The notes: generated by a model not told the origin, from the letters alone. DNA of 62,989 bases, filler included, from Cercozoa sp. M6MM (GCA_040357565.1; 9 parts of 9 records of this genome joined end to end with filler, not necessarily neighbours in it); one strand, 5' to 3'; counted from the whole stretch's first letter, positions 12,007 to 25,887 are shown. Numbers and translations are program-made.

Positions 12007-12278
12007 CATCTGCGGTCTACCATGTCAGTTTCGACTTCTGCCACTGAGGAGATACGAGTGCCGTTCAGGTACTGCAAGCGTGCACATGCTTGAGACAGGC
12101 ATATGCAGGACTCAAACAGACTCACCTGCAGAACGTAATCGAACCAGTTTGCTGGTTTGTCGCACTCCTGGAAACCGACAATAATCACGTCGTGTTCGGT
12201 CCTGCAAAAAAGAAAAAACAAAAGGAAACGGATGAGCTTTCGAGTTTTTGACAAATCGAAAGGTACGGTTCGCCCAGG
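11990..12278 (-). CDS. Fragment resembling an inositol polyphosphate 5-phosphatase catalytic N-terminus (possibly disrupted)
   Basis: HDVIIVGFQEC resembles the DxxxxGxQE motif; no later catalytic motifs found beyond the inverted repeat. Confidence 0.4.
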
Positions 12279-12378
12279 NNNNNNNNNNNNNNNNNNNNNN
12301 NNNNNNNNNNNNNNNNNNNNNNTTAATTAATTAANNNNNNNNNNNNNNNNNNNNNNNNNNNNNNNNNNNNNNNNNNNN
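12279..12378. other. Artificial contig spacer
   Basis: Same N/TTAATTAATTAA linker. Confidence 0.97.
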
Positions 12379-13556
12379 ATCACCGGTACTCCAGTCTATC
12401 TTCTCCCCTTCACCCCTTACCCCCCCTTACCACACACACACCCACACACACACACGCACACACACACACACGCACACACACACACACACATACACACACA
12501 CACACATACACACACACACACACAACAGGTCGGACGCATCAGATTCGCGTGCACCTCATGCATCTCGGCTTTCCTATTGCAAGTAGTCTGGCCATTCTAT
12601 CCATCTCTGTATCTCTGTATGTACAGGTGTATGTGGGTATGTGTGTGTCTGTCAGACGACCCGTGCTATGGCGGTCAGCACGTGAGCATGCGGCTGACAT
12701 GCGGCGATTCCGAGGTAGCCCTTTCTGTCTACACTGTATACCTAAACTATTTATATATATATATATATGTCTATGTGGAGAATATATATTTAGATGTGTA
12801 TAATATTATATGTATATGTCTAGATATGTGTCTTGTAGGCACTGCAGCAGCGGCAGATCAGCCGACGCGAACTCGACGCGAAACTGTCCGAGTGCTTTGA
12901 GTCCACGTGCGACAGCTGCCTCATTCTTCGCAGGTGGGTCTTCTCTGTGTACGTGTGTGTGTGTGGTGTGTTGGTGTGTGTGTGTGGTGTGTGTGTGTAC
13001 GTGTACATGTGTGTGTGTGTACGTGTACATGTGTGCGTGTGCATGTCAACAGAGAGCGAGAGCAAGGCAGCTCCGAAAGCGGTGAAACTCGCTTCACAAA
13101 CGACGTTGGCACACCGCGCTCTGCGCCTGACTACTGTGCCTCTTCTTTTGTGTTTATGCTGTCTGCTTCTTGTCTCATGTATGTGTATATGTGTCGGTGT
13201 GCGCAGGCAAGGAGATCTGGCTGCAGGCACACAGCTACAAGGGCGAGGACTTCCACTACACGGCACGCGTGCCAAACTGGGCCGAGGCCGACTTCGACGC
13301 TTTTGCCTACCTCGGCGGCAAGGCACGTGTGCCCAGACCCGTACACAAACTGTAGCCACTGCGAACTGACGAGTCAGATGTTATTGTACCCGGACTGCAG
13401 GATGAATGGGAGGCCAGGCAGCGTGACCGTGGTCGTCCCGTCGGCGCTGTCAGTGCTAGTGCCAGCTCGGCCACGTGCACCGACGCCGACGCTGCCGGTG
13501 ATGCCAGTGCCTGTGACAGCAGCATGACAAACAGTGAGTCACGTCAGTTCAGCTGA
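12379..13556 (+). CDS. RluA-family pseudouridine synthase (RPUSD2/RIB2-like), 5' partial
   Basis: ITG|RTHQIRVHLMHLGFPIA|DDPCYG and EIWLQAHSY...VPNWA; stop at 13355 or, via one more intron, 13556. Confidence 0.85.
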
Positions 13557-13696
13557 TTTCATAGTTTAATTTATTTTCCGTTCATTTATCACGACACGAC
13601 AACGCAACTTTACTCGCTTTAATAATTGAAATGGAAAGTATGGGAGTGTAGCTGAACAGAAAGAGCGCAACCGAACGCAAAACTCACGTCGCGTCA

Positions 13697-14252
13697 GTCA
13701 GCGGTTTGGTGACCCGAAGCGAGCTCCGGCGATGTTTGGAGCTCTTGATTAATTCTTTGTATGTCCTCAAGGATCCCCCTACCCATCGATAACGCCACGA
13801 ATCCTTACAGATCGAAGTTTCATATTCGAAACCGAGCCCGGATTTGAAAAGGATCACCTGTTCTCAAGGTCCTGCCGAACGCACTGCCGGTATTGTACGA
13901 AGAGCTCCTGGCAAGGGTCGTCCTTCGCCTCACCTGAATACAGTATCTCGGTTCCTGTCTTAAAGTAGCCGTTGTAAAAGTTCACAGAGATACCTTGCAA
14001 AAGTGACTCAGCCGCCCACTTTTGGAAGCACTGCAGGGGGAAGGGAATCGAAGCACCCGCAACAAACTTTGGTCAGGTTACCTTTTCGTACTTCAGCTTG
14101 AGTTCAGGGCACGTTGACGCAGTCACTACGACAGCGACCGTGTTTATATCTTTATTCCACAAGAGAACCAGGGAAGGAAGCTAAACAAAAGCACTTTTTG
14201 ACAGCGCTTTCCTGTCGTTCTCGGTGACACTACTTGTGTCTTGATCTCCCAT
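13697..14252 (-). CDS. TRIAP1: Mdm35/TRIAP1 twin-Cys mitochondrial intermembrane space protein
   Basis: Spliced CPELKLKYEKCFQKWAAESLLQG...DPCQELFVQYRQCV matches the Mdm35 CX9C/CX9C pattern; absent from the ORF track because exons are short. Confidence 0.82.
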
Positions 14253-14508
14253 GCCAATCGAATAAAACTGTAGTAACACACGAGTCACCAGATTCTAGTG
14301 CAGTAAAACGGCAGTCAGTTTGCGAAACAGATTCTAGATTCATAAAAGGCCCGTACAGTACCGTACAAATGTACCGCTTTAAACAATATTAATTTAATTT
14401 GCCGTGAAAAGTGCATTGTTTCGATTCGACGCGCATCGTCGTGTGCACGCATGCCGGGAGCATGGACGACACTATTGTCGTGGCTTACGACTGTTTGATC
14501 GCGTAAAC

Positions 14509-15300
14509 AAATGACCTGTTGACCACCGATGGCGGGCTTGATGTTGTGCGGAAGGGCAACACTTTCGACACTGGACTGTACGTGTAGAGTGCTGGGCGGA
14601 TGCGTGCTGCTGCAGTTACGGCACATGTGGCCGCTGCTGCGCGTCGAGCGGAAGTTCCCAGTGTAACTTGCTGCCCTGTCTAGCTGGAAGTTGAGTATTA
14701 CTTGTGCCTGACTGCAGGGTGCCGCCGCTGCCGTCGAAAGTGATCCAGGCCTCCTCAAGCAACGACATAACTCTGTGCACCTACGCCTTTCGATTCACTG
14801 GTACGCTCTGGACCAAGGACGGGATTGGAGCCACAACTGGACCATATGGACTGGACCGAGGGACTGGACTGTCTGTATGTGCAGTGATGGCGATGCTCTT
14901 AGCCGTCCTCACGGCGATCGACCCGAGGGTGCCTTTTAACTCGCCCCTGTTACCCCTCTGTTACCTCTGTTACCTCTGTTACCCTCCTCTCACCCTTTTT
15001 ACCCCCAGGCAACACGCGGTGTCTGGTCGCCCGGCGCACTGCGGTGGCTGCGTTCCTTCCAGGCTGCATGCTACTACCTCATCGTGCTCTGCGTCGTGCA
15101 TCGTGCACTCACGGTAGATTGACCCTCCTCTGGGTTATACGCCTACCCTTGTCCTCCGTACACTACGCTGTCTGCACAGGTCTCACTGAGGTTCAGTGTC
15201 ACGATGCTCGAGATGACTCCGCGCGCTCTCGCTGCCGCCGGTCTGGGGGGGTAGGGGGAACCGCAGAGAGCCAGGAGACCGAACAGAGGGGTAACAGGGG
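14509..15300 (+). CDS. Hypothetical protein, 3' partial
   Basis: Short exons separated by GT-AG introns with typical ttacc repeats; no motif recognised. Confidence 0.35.
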
Positions 15301-15301
15301 C

Positions 15302-15401
15302 NNNNNNNNNNNNNNNNNNNNNNNNNNNNNNNNNNNNNNNNNNNNTTAATTAATTAANNNNNNNNNNNNNNNNNNNNNNNNNNNNNNNNNNNNNNNNNNN
15401 N
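15302..15401. other. Artificial contig spacer
   Basis: Same linker. Confidence 0.97.
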
Positions 15402-15448
<47 letters not shown>

Positions 15449-15459
15449 CTGTATTGTAG

Positions 15460-15978
15460 AGGCGACGTTGGTGGCAGCGACGTCGGAAGCCAAGGCGGCC
15501 GCTGCGGGTGCTGACCGGGTCGAATCCACTGCCGACACAGGACAGCGTGCACAGTGACAGCCCCTCCGACGAGGCCTGTCAACAGCAGTACCAGCGGAGG
15601 CGGCAGCACCGACAGCACGGAGAACACGACACGCAGAGTGGCCTATCGATGGACGATCTGCTTCGAGAGGTGAACCGAGGGGATCTCACCGCTGCCGTCG
15701 ATCAGGACGACAGGGGACAGCCGCGCGTGTGGCTTGGCTTCGATCGCAACAGTCTCCGTGCCGCAGGTTTGATCCGGGAGTCTGCCAGTAGCAGCAGCAG
15801 CAACAACAACAGCAATGTCATGAATAACAATGTCGCCAACACTCTGAGCAATGGGTATTCGAGTCACGCCCAAGACTACAACGGCCGGGCCCTACACCTG
15901 GACGGCCGCGACGCCACCGACGATGCAGCCGATGGTCTTGCCGCCAGCCTGCAACGAAGACACACCACCAGGGCCTAG
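15460..15978 (+). CDS. Terminal exon of a hypothetical protein
   Basis: Acceptor ttgtag then open frame (DLLREVNRG...RHTTRA*). Confidence 0.45.
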   Translation, partial: RRRWWQRRRKPRRPLRVLTGSNPLPTQDSVHSDSPSDEACQQQYQRRRQHRQHGEHDTQSGLSMDDLLREVNRGDLTAAVDQDDRGQPRVWLGFDRNSLRAAGLIRESASSSSSNNNSNVMNNNVANTLSNGYSSHAQDYNGRALHLDGRDATDDAADGLAASLQRRHTTRA

Positions 15979-16282
15979 CGGAGCGAGCGTTCGTTGTAGT
16001 TTTCCTTCGCTTCCATTCCGTCGACGTACCGTACCGGTGGATACGATACAGTAGTACTTCAAGAATCCGAACAACTCGACGCCGGACTAAAAGACGAGAA
16101 ATCAGCCGAGCGCAGCAACCAAGTCACGTCAGGTTTCGTTTGATCGATGCTGACACGAGCGCCTTAAGTTTCGTTTTACCTGAACGTAACGTTACATAGT
16201 AAGATGAGCTTTGATGGATGGCGGGGGGGGGGGGGTGTGTCGCTGCGACCGGACGGGATGGGAAGCGACCGCGACGGAAAGT

Positions 16283-18854
16283 TTACTCGCTGTCGTCATC
16301 GTCATCGGTGCTGCCCTCTCCGTCAGAGGAGGTTTCGTCCTCCTCCGAGTCGGTCTCCTCCTCCTCGATCTCGTCGGCAAGCAGCGTCAGCAGGCGACGC
16401 AGTCGCGCGCGGAGATGCACATCGCGTGCTGCGGCAGTAACGCCCGGGATGGACGCGGCAAGGTCCTCGTCGACCTCACCCCTGCATAGCACAGGTATGG
16501 CATAGACCCCCCCCGGGCGGGGGGCCGGGGGGGCGCCGGGACAAAGTACGCCAGCAGGTCACGAGCGTCGTCAAGCCACCGTGACATGGACTCGGCCGAG
16601 AGCACTTGCATGCTGAGACACAGCTTCAGCAGCGGTACGAACAGTCGGCGGTAGAACACATGCCGCACGCACACGGCCGCCAGTGCGTCGACAGCAGATA
16701 CTGTCGATACATGGAGTCACACGAGCATTGCACAAGGATGGGTGTATGGGTTGGAGATGTACCCTGAGAAGGCACTGACTTGGTGAACTTCTGCACGGCC
16801 TTGTGCCACTTCTTGAAAGTGCGCATCAGCGGCAACAGCACGGTGCGCGGCACTTCGTCGTCTTCCTCATCGCTTTCGTCCTCCTCGTTGGCGTCGCTGT
16901 CGACAATAGCGTCGTCCGCGTAGTCAAACTGCTGCACCTGCACGCAGGCAGAAGAACAAGGCGTAAGGGTGCAAAGGCAACGGGGGGGGGGGGGGACACG
17001 GCTCAGTCAGCACCGAAGCAGGCGGCACAGCGAGTCGCAGGAGCGCCAGGAAAACGCCGGCAAAGTAGTGGTGCAGCGAAGCGTCCTGTGCGATCTTGAG
17101 CATGCCAACTTCCAGCAGCACATCGCTGGCCTGTCCATCGGAGAGGGGTACATTAGAATCCATCGGTATGTACGCATACAGATGAACACTCAGACAGGCA
17201 GGGACTACCTGGAGTTGCTGCTGCTCGCCGCGCTGCAGTGTCTTGCTGATTTCTTGCTGGAGACTCGGCCATGTCGCTGGCTGCCCTCGGGACATACATA
17301 GAAGAAGGAAGAGGGAGTAAGGCTACAGGAAGATAACACACGTCCAGCACGTCGAGATGGATGTCGAGATGCTCATCTTCGACAGACTCCTCCTCCTCGT
17401 CCGTCTCGTCCTCGGTCTCTTCCTCTGTGTTCCATACATAAGTATAGAGCGGCAAGATAATTACATCAACACAAAGCGAGTACCCGAGAGTGCCATGTCG
17501 TCATCCAGCGCGTCCAGCAGCATCATGAAAGAGTCTGTCGGCGCTGCAAACTCGGCCGCCTTGAGTGCATCGGCCTCCTATTGAAATGGGGCACACGGAC
17601 GTTGAGGAGAGATGGGCAAGTGCTGGAGGTACCGGTTCCAGCGAGCAGCAGTTGACGTCAAAGTCGCAGCCCTCCATTCGCACGACGTAGCCCTGGGTAA
17701 CGAACACACATTGTGTACCCATACCTCAAGACCCATATCTACAGACCTATATATAGATATATAGGTGAGCACCTTGCCATCGGCACCGAGCACATCGAGA
17801 TCGTAGTCTTCAGAGCTCTCCTGGTAGCCGGCATCGCTGCAGACATGTCACACATGTGCCACAAGGTCTCTTGTCACAGACGTACCGTCGCAGCGACAGC
17901 ATCGTGTGCGGCGGCACAGCAGCATTGCGTCCAACCACGACGCCCGGTGCCAGCACGCATCCATCGCCTGCAGCATTCCACACGCCCATGTGGCACCCAT
18001 AGGGGGATAAGAAAAGGGAAAGGGGGTACCGATGGTGGCACCCTCACCAACCACAACGTCACGTGCCAGGATGGCCTTTCCGACCACCGCATTGGTGTGC
18101 ACTGTCACGTTGTCCCACACGTGTGCACGGCGCAGCTTGGCACCTGTCAGACACATGCGCACACGTTCGCTGCATATACCGACACTACAAAGGCAAGGAA
18201 GGGCAGGGAAGGGTCTACCCGAGTGGATGTGACAGCGACGTCCCACGAAGGTGTCATGCAGCTGCGCCGCACGGTCGATTCGCGTGCCCTTGCCGACGGC
18301 GCCGCGGCGCACCAGCGCGTCCGACGCGATCACCACGCCCTGCGATAGTGGAAAGGGGTAAAGAGTAAAGTGGTCAAAGGGCAGAGGGACTCAGCGTAAT
18401 AGGGGCACAGAGAACACAGGGGTACATGGTTACACGGGTATGAGCTAACCTAAAGCTTAAGCTAAACCTAAAGGGCAACGTACACTGACACCAGTGTCCG
18501 TGTCATGCAGGTCGCCTTCGACGTAGCACGCGATACCTGGACAGACCGGAAGGGCAGTGAGAACGAGAGGAGCATAGAAACAGGTCGGTACGGCCACGGT
18601 GCCGACGTCGGTAGTCGAAGCCTTCAAAAAGATTGTTGTCCAGCGGCGTCATCGGGAAGGCACACCGAGCAGCCACGTCCTGGCACACATACACACGTAG
18701 CAAACCGTCAGTGGTCCCACACCGACAGACAAATACGAAAAGCAAAAAAGGTACACGCGACACGCCGTCGAAAGTGCCGAGATCTGCGACACGGCGACTG
18801 CTCACAGAAAATTTTGTTTTTTCGCCCAATCCGGACAGCCAGTTTGACCGTCCG

Positions 18855-18856
<2 letters not shown>
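16283..18856 (-). CDS. EIF2B5: eIF2B epsilon subunit, 5' partial
   Basis: TFDGVSRDVAARCAFPMTP; hexapeptide beta-helix (AHVWDNVTVHTNAVVGKAILARDVVVGEGATI); VLLEVGMLKIAQD; W2-like region and acidic tail. Confidence 0.85.
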
Positions 18857-18924
<68 letters not shown>

Positions 18925-19024
18925 NNNNNNNNNNNNNNNNNNNNNNNNNNNNNNNNNNNNNNNNNNNNTTAATTAATTAANNNNNNNNNNNNNNNNNNNN
19001 NNNNNNNNNNNNNNNNNNNNNNNN
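18925..19024. other. Artificial contig spacer
   Basis: Same linker. Confidence 0.97.
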
Positions 19025-19808
19025 GTTGCACGCCAAAGCGAAACGCGTCGTGGCACTGTGCAACTCCATCGTGCGACGCAGCGCCTGAACCGGGGGGTAA
19101 ACAAGAGGCAAGGGGGGGGTAAACAGGGGGGATAAACACCTGCTGTGCCGCAGCCGTCATGGAATCGGCCTCGTCGAGAATGATGATTTTGTGCCGCCCG
19201 GGGGGCAATGACACCTTCCTCTGGGGGGGGGGGGGGGGTAACAGGGGGTAAACAAAAGGGGATGGGAGGTAAACCCACCTGAGCAAAGAGTTTGATGCGA
19301 TTGCGCACAACGTCCTGAAGCAAAAAGAAACCCGAACTTTTGTATTTTTCGGCCAAGCACGAGAAACGTTAAGAAACGCACAATGCCGCGGTCATCGCTC
19401 GCGTTCAGTTCCAGCACTGCCGCTGAGTACCTGCAGAAAAACAACAAAGCTACAAAAACAACAAAAACAACAACAGCAGCTTGGAGAAACGCACTTGTCA
19501 CCCAGCATCTCGCGCGCCAGTGCCTGGATGCATGTCGTTTTGCCCACACCCGGGGGTCCTGGGAGGGAGGGGTAAGAAAAGGGGTAAAGGGATAAAGGGA
19601 GGGGTTCAGGGGGCAAAACGTACCTGCCATAATGATGTTAGGCAGGTTGCCACGTTTCGCGATCACTTTTAATCTACGTTTGCGACAGCACGTTTTTCAG
19701 TCACACAGGAAACGATGAGACAAACACGCACCTCTGCACGGCCTCGGGGTTTCCGACCACATCGTCGAGAACCTTCGGACGGTACTTTTCGAGCCATGGC
19801 ACCTCCAT
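19025..19808 (-). CDS. RFC2: Replication factor C subunit 2 (yeast Rfc4 orthologue), 3' partial
   Basis: [74 protein letters not shown]. Confidence 0.95.
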
Positions 19809-20118
19809 CTTCAGAGCTGGTTCGTGGTGCCAAAGCTCCACAAAAAACGACACGGATGCAACTCCCCTGCTGCACGCACGTCAAGAGTGTAGTTTATCCC
19901 TGTCGTGCGGTCATCGACTCTGATTGAGCCCAATTACATCACTCATTAAAATAATAATGGACGGATTATTGCCAGTTACGGAATCAAATGTTGATGTAGC
20001 CACGTAGGTTTTAGTGTTATTGGAGCGCGAATACGAGTGCCATAACGTCAGCCTGAAGCTGCGAGGCACTGCCCACGCCGGATTTGTCGAAAGTCGAAAT
20101 CGAAACTCAATTCACCAG

Positions 20119-20863
20119 ATGTCGGATTGGGGTCGCCAGTTCAACAGCTCTTCGTTGGCGTTCTGCACGCGCTGTCAGAATCTAATGTGTACCACTATTT
20201 TATTGTGCGTATCACATTAGATCTGCTGTGCTTTACTTGTTGTCCGGGGCGGTAGCACCACCCGAAAGTGACGGCTTTGTCAAGTGCCTGTCATGTGGCT
20301 GGCGTGCTCAGCAAGTAGTACACACCCTTCCAGCTGACCTGTTAAGACCGAAGCGAGTCTGTGTATGTGATTTTTGTTAAATTCACTTAGGAGGAGTTGT
20401 CGACTTTTTCAGAAGAGGCCGTTAACCGAGTAGTTTTCGAGGTGCGCTTGATTTTTGTTTCATCAAACTGAAGAAACGTGAGAAAACACTGCTTTGCACA
20501 GAAGGTAAAGCCGGAGTTCTTGAAGGCGAGTGCTCCGAAATACGATCGCGCCCTGTAAACTCTTCTTTTTTACACTCCCTTCAATGCATCGTTATTTTTT
20601 TCCAGGGTCAACCTGGCGTGTCCCGAGTGCAACCACCCGGAGCAGTACTACTTTGCGCTGCAGCTCCGATCAGTTGGTGCGTTTCCGCTTCGAGTCCTTT
20701 TTCGGTGTTCTCACTTGTGTTGTGTGTGCCCACAGATGAAGGTCAGACTATCTTCTACGAATGTCCCGAGTGCGGGTAGACCCTCTTTCTCTTCTCTATG
20801 TGAAAGCTGGCAATGTGAACTATCATGTGCTTCAACAGACACAAGCATTCGGTGCACTCGTAA
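20119..20863 (+). CDS. RPA12: RNA polymerase I subunit RPA12
   Basis: N-terminal FCTRCQNL...CLSCG ribbon; C-terminal CPECNH...[20 protein letters not shown]. Confidence 0.9.
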
Positions 20864-20982
20864 TTGGCACTTCCCGTCTAACCTAACTTCGGTTTGTTAA
20901 CGTAAAGTATACTGAACTATGTGACCGTACTCTGAGCCGAATGACGTGACTACCAGCGTAAATTGGCGGGAAGGAAAGCAGC

Positions 20983-23241
20983 TTAGGCAAAGTAGGCGAG
21001 GTCGGACTTCTTCTTCTGCTGCACGGTGAGGATGCCGTTGATGAAGTTCTCGTGCATTACCGAGTCCTGTCCCTCTCGCATCGCGTCCATGCCTGTATGT
21101 GTGCAACAGTGCGCGAGTGTAGGGTAGTTGCAAACGCAGGGGGGAGAAGTGTACCAGCCTCAACGCACACGGCCTTGAGCTGCGCGCCGTTGAAGTCTTG
21201 CGTGCTGCGCGCGAGTTCGCCCCACGAGATATCCGGGTGCAGCACCTGCGCAGTGTTTGTTTGTTTGTTTGCTTGTTCTCTATATCAGATAATGAGTATG
21301 GACACGGCCTACCATGCGCTTGGCGTGGATCTGCAGGATCTGCTCGCGGCCGGACTCGGACGGCAGCGGGAACTCGATCTTGCGGTCCAGTCGGCCACTG
21401 CGCAGCAAGGCCGGGTCCAGAATGTCTGGCCGGTTAGTCGCCGCGATCACCTGCGCGTGTGCACAAAGTGTCCAACTCAGTAGGTCTATCTTATGGTGAG
21501 TGTGGTGTCTACCTTGACCTGGTCGTGCTGTGAGAAGCCGTCCAACTGGTTCAACAATTCTAGCATCGTTCGCTGCACTTCTCTGTCGCCGCTCTGCACA
21601 AAGGCACATACACACACCCTACTCGTACCCTCCCGTACACAGAGAAAGGCACACCTTGTCACTGTCGAAACGCTTGCCGCCAATGGCGTCGATTTCGTCG
21701 ATGAAAATGATGGCCGGCGCTTTCTTCGTTCCGAGTTTGAACGCGTCACGCACCATCTTGGCACCTGCACTTTCAGGCACACACACATACACATATATAT
21801 ATATATATTATATATTATATTTGGTTGTACAGGTAAATCCATGTACACACATAGAGAAGAGAAGAGGAGGTACCGTCACCAATGTACATTTGGACGAGCT
21901 GCGGCGCAGACACCTTAAGGAAGCATGCGTTGGTTTCCGAGGCACACGCGCGCGCCATCATCGTTTTGCCTGTGCCGGGCGGGCCGTGCATCAGACAGCC
22001 TGTGTGAACGGGATGTTGAGGGGAGGGATGAAGGCACAAAGAGGAGTACTGTGTCTGTGCATATACCCTTGGGAGGCGAGATGCCGATATTTCTGAATCG
22101 ATCCGGGTGCGTCATGGGCAGCACAATGGCCTCCTATGGTAGCATGTCAGTCCAGTACGTGTGCATGTACTCTCGTCAAGAGAAACGAGTCAAAACTTAC
22201 CTGCAGTTCGCGAATCTGCGCATCGCAGCCGCCAACGTCGCTCCAGCTTTCGCTTGGCTTCTCCTCGACCTACGAGAGAGAGAGAGAGAGAGAGGTCATG
22301 GAAACACAGACAAGAGACATGACTGGAAGGCAGTCACCTCCATGGCCTTGACACGTGAGTCAAAGTCCTCGGGCAGCTTGTCCAGAATGAGATATGAGTC
22401 CTTGTTCACGCCGACGAGGTCGTTCGGTGACAGTTCATTCGGGTCCACCAGTCCTACTCCAATCCAAAACATGTCAATTGGAAGAAACAGGCAAAGCGGA
22501 AGGAAGCTGAGGCCTACCAACCACCGGCAAGAAAATCGTCTGCTTCTGCGATGTCTTGATCACGACGGCCTTGCCGCCTTGTTGCGTTGTGTTTCGCACC
22601 TGCAAGGGCGGGGGTAAAGTCGGCAAAGCTACAGAGAGGGTAAATGCAAAGAGAGTACGGCCTCATTGGTCTGCTGTTCGGCCTCGATGTCGAGCACCTC
22701 GACGACGTTGCTCACCAGGTAGGGCAGCTGTTTGTTCTGCTTGAGTTTCTTCTGCGCGTCCTCGAGTTCCTTCTCGAGGTTCTTGATGCGGTGCTGGTGT
22801 CGCTGCACCTCCTGCTTCATGATGCGCTCGTTGTTGCGCAGCATACGCGTAAGCGCGTCGATTTCCTCCGGCGTCTTGCCTCTACCACCGAGCTTTCGAT
22901 GAAACCAACGAAACAACACAGAACACACATACTCAATACGCCGCTCAGCCTCGTTCTGCGCCTCTTTCTGCTCCTGAACCAAGCGATCTTGCTCGGCCTG
23001 TGAAGCACTCACAAAAATGTCAACGCAAGTGTGCCGCAACAGAAAAAGAGTGAAGGAAACCTGCTTTTCGTCATCCTCATTGGAGATAGCGACGTCGTCG
23101 ATCATCTGGCTCGCCTTGTCCTACGCACAACAATGGAATCATCTCTGAAAAAAATGAAATTTCGATGAAATGTGGCACCTTGTTGCCATTCGGTTCCTGA
23201 CCGTCTCCAGGCAGCTGCGGCTGCTCACTGGGCGCAGACAT
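20983..23241 (-). CDS. PSMC3: 26S proteasome AAA-ATPase Rpt5 (subunit 6A)
   Basis: [13 protein letters not shown]; [17 protein letters not shown]; [15 protein letters not shown]; [18 protein letters not shown]; C-terminal LAYFA*. Confidence 0.97.
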
Positions 23242-23399
23242 ACTTTCTGTCGCTGTTACACACAACGAGCTTGCAGCTGAGCTTTTAGCTAGTTTTTATT
23301 CCATTTATATTTTTAAAACTAATTTCACAATCCGGCACTCTCTGTCATTTCGGATCGAGTGCGAGGCAGCTTTGTTGTGTTCGCACAGCGTCCCACGCG

Positions 23400-25887
23400 A
23401 TGCAAGCCAGCGAAATGACGCCGCAGGAGCTTGTGGTCGCTCTGTTCGACATTGGTTTGTTGTATTTTGCTGCGATCAGGACAAGGAAAATACGCCCTCG
23501 TTGTACCTGATCGGCAGGCGCTGTTCAGTTCGGCGAGTTCACACTCAAATCGGGCCTGCTGTCGCCGGTGTACCTCGATGTGCGTCGCGTAGTGTCGTAC
23601 CCGAAGTACGCTTGAATACAGAATGTAGAACTTGAGGTGAGAACTTGAGACTTGATACTACGTTCCTTGATGGTTACAGGCTGCTGAATGCCGTGGCAAC
23701 GCTGATGAGCGCGGTATTTCCGTGTTTGAGGTGTCAAAAGGGGTAGTGCATCCACTGTGACTGGTGTCTGGCAAAAACAGCAACTCAAGGAGCATGGCGT
23801 CGAGTACGATGTGCTGTGCGGCGTGCCGTACACGGCGCTGCCGATCGCGACGGTGATGTCGCTCGCCTGTGATGTCGGCATGGTCATGCGGTGCGCTTCT
23901 TTACCCTTTATCCTTTTATTGTATTTTATTATTTCTTATTATTTCCTGCCCTCACGCTTTGAACAGTCGAAAGGAGGCCAAGAAATACGGTAACAAGCGT
24001 CAGATCGAGGTGTGTTGCTGTTTTACCCCCTGTTTACCCCTGTTTACCCCCCCCCCCTGCTTACCTCTTACTCCTGCACAGGGCGTGTGGAAGCAAGGCG
24101 ACCGGTGTCTGGTGGTGGAGGACCTTGTGACTTCGGGTCTGTCGGTGTTCGAGACGGTGCACCCTCTGCGCGAGGCCGGCATGACGGTCGAGCACGTTGT
24201 GGTGCTCGTGGATCGGTAGTCTTGCCCCCGCCCTTTTACCCATACCCACTTCCTTTACACCCTACCTTCTTACTCTGCCCCTGCCCTACCCTACCCTACC
24301 CTACCCTACCCTACCCTATCCTAATCCCACCCGTGTAGCGAGCAAGGCGGCCGTGCCAACGTGGAAGCAGGCGGCATGACACTGCATGCCGTGTTGAAGA
24401 TGCACGACATGCTGCGCTGGCTGCTGTAGCTTCCTTCCCCTATCTCCTACCCTATCCCCTTCCCTACCCCTGCCCCTACCCCCTACTCCCCACAGTGAGG
24501 CCGGTCGTATCGATGAGACGATGGCGCAGAAGGTGCGTGACTTTGTGGCTGCCAACCAGGTCGGCAACAAGATCGACGGTGCGTTTACCCCCTACCCCGC
24601 TTACCCCTTACCCCCCCCCCGCAGAGGAGAAGCAACGCAAGCAGGCGACGCTAAAGATGCCGTTCGAAGAGCGTGCCTCACACTGCGAGAACCAGGTGGC
24701 CAAGGCGCTGTTCGACACCATGGCGCGCAAGCAGACCAGTATTGCCACCCTTACCCGCTACCCCTTTACCCCCCTTACCCGCTACCCCAGACCTGTGCGT
24801 GTCGGCGGACGTGACGACCATGGCCGAGTTGACGTCGCTGCTGACGGCGACAGCACCTTTCGTCTGCTGTGTCAAGACGCACGCCGACGCCATGGAGGTG
24901 CTTACCCCCATCCCACCCTACCTCCTACCCCTCCTAGCCCCCTACCCTACCTTCTTTAACCCCCTCCCGTGTAGGACTTTGACGCTGATGCGCTGACTGC
25001 GCTGGCAGCTGAGCACGTATTGTTGTGTTCTTACCCTTTACCCCCCACCCTTTACCCCCCTACTTTAGGACGTGGTGATCTTCGAGGACCGCAAGTTCGC
25101 CGACATTGGCTCCACGGTGCGCCGGCAGTATGTGAGCGGACCCTCGCGCATCGCCTCGTGGGCACCGCTCACCAATGCGCACGTCGTTCCGGGTGCTGGT
25201 ACAGTCCTGAGTTCATCTGTACCAGGGTGTTTATTTAAAGGTGTACATCTGTACCTGGTATGCCCATTTTCATACAGGTGTGATCGAGGGTCTCGGTGCC
25301 TCGGTGGACCAGCGTGAACGAGCTGTGCTCGTGCTGGCGCAAATGAGCAGGTTTACCCCCCCCCCCACCTGCCCTGACCCTTTACTCCCCTCCCACATAG
25401 CAAGGGCGCCCTCACGAGCGAGAAGTACACGCAGGCCGCCGTGCAGATGGCCAAGGCGCACGATCACTTCTGCATCGGCTTCATCGCGCAGCAGCAGCTC
25501 GTGCACGAGTATCTTGAGTTTACCCCCCCCCCCCTGCCTCTCCCTTTCCCCTTTTACTCCCCCCTTCTTTACTCCCCTTACCTTTACTCCTCCCCTTACC
25601 CTCCCCTTATCCCCCAGGCCACAGTACATCCACATGACGCCGGGCGTGCACCTGTCCAGTCAGGGCGATGCGCTGGGACAGCAGTACCGCACGCCGGTCC
25701 GCGTCATCCAGGAAGAAGGCAACGGTACAGGCTGGCACAGTCTCCTGTCTCCCAAACTATAATATATGATTTTGCAGACATGGTCATTGTGGGACGCGGC
25801 ATCTACCAGGCCGACGACTGTGCTGCCGCTGCGAAGCGCTACCGCGACGCTGCCTGGAACGCCTACCTGCAGCGCTTGCAGAACTAA
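23400..25887 (+). CDS. UMPS: Bifunctional UMP synthase (OPRT then OMP decarboxylase)
   Basis: FGEFTLKSG; CGVPYTALP; RKEAKKYG; VVEDLVTSG; VKTHAD; [11 protein letters not shown]; MTPGV; GDALGQQY; IVGRGIY. Confidence 0.96.

Noticed and set aside
13366-13380. Hammerhead core CTGACGAG (also near 8588)
   Set aside because: No stem II followed by GAAA.
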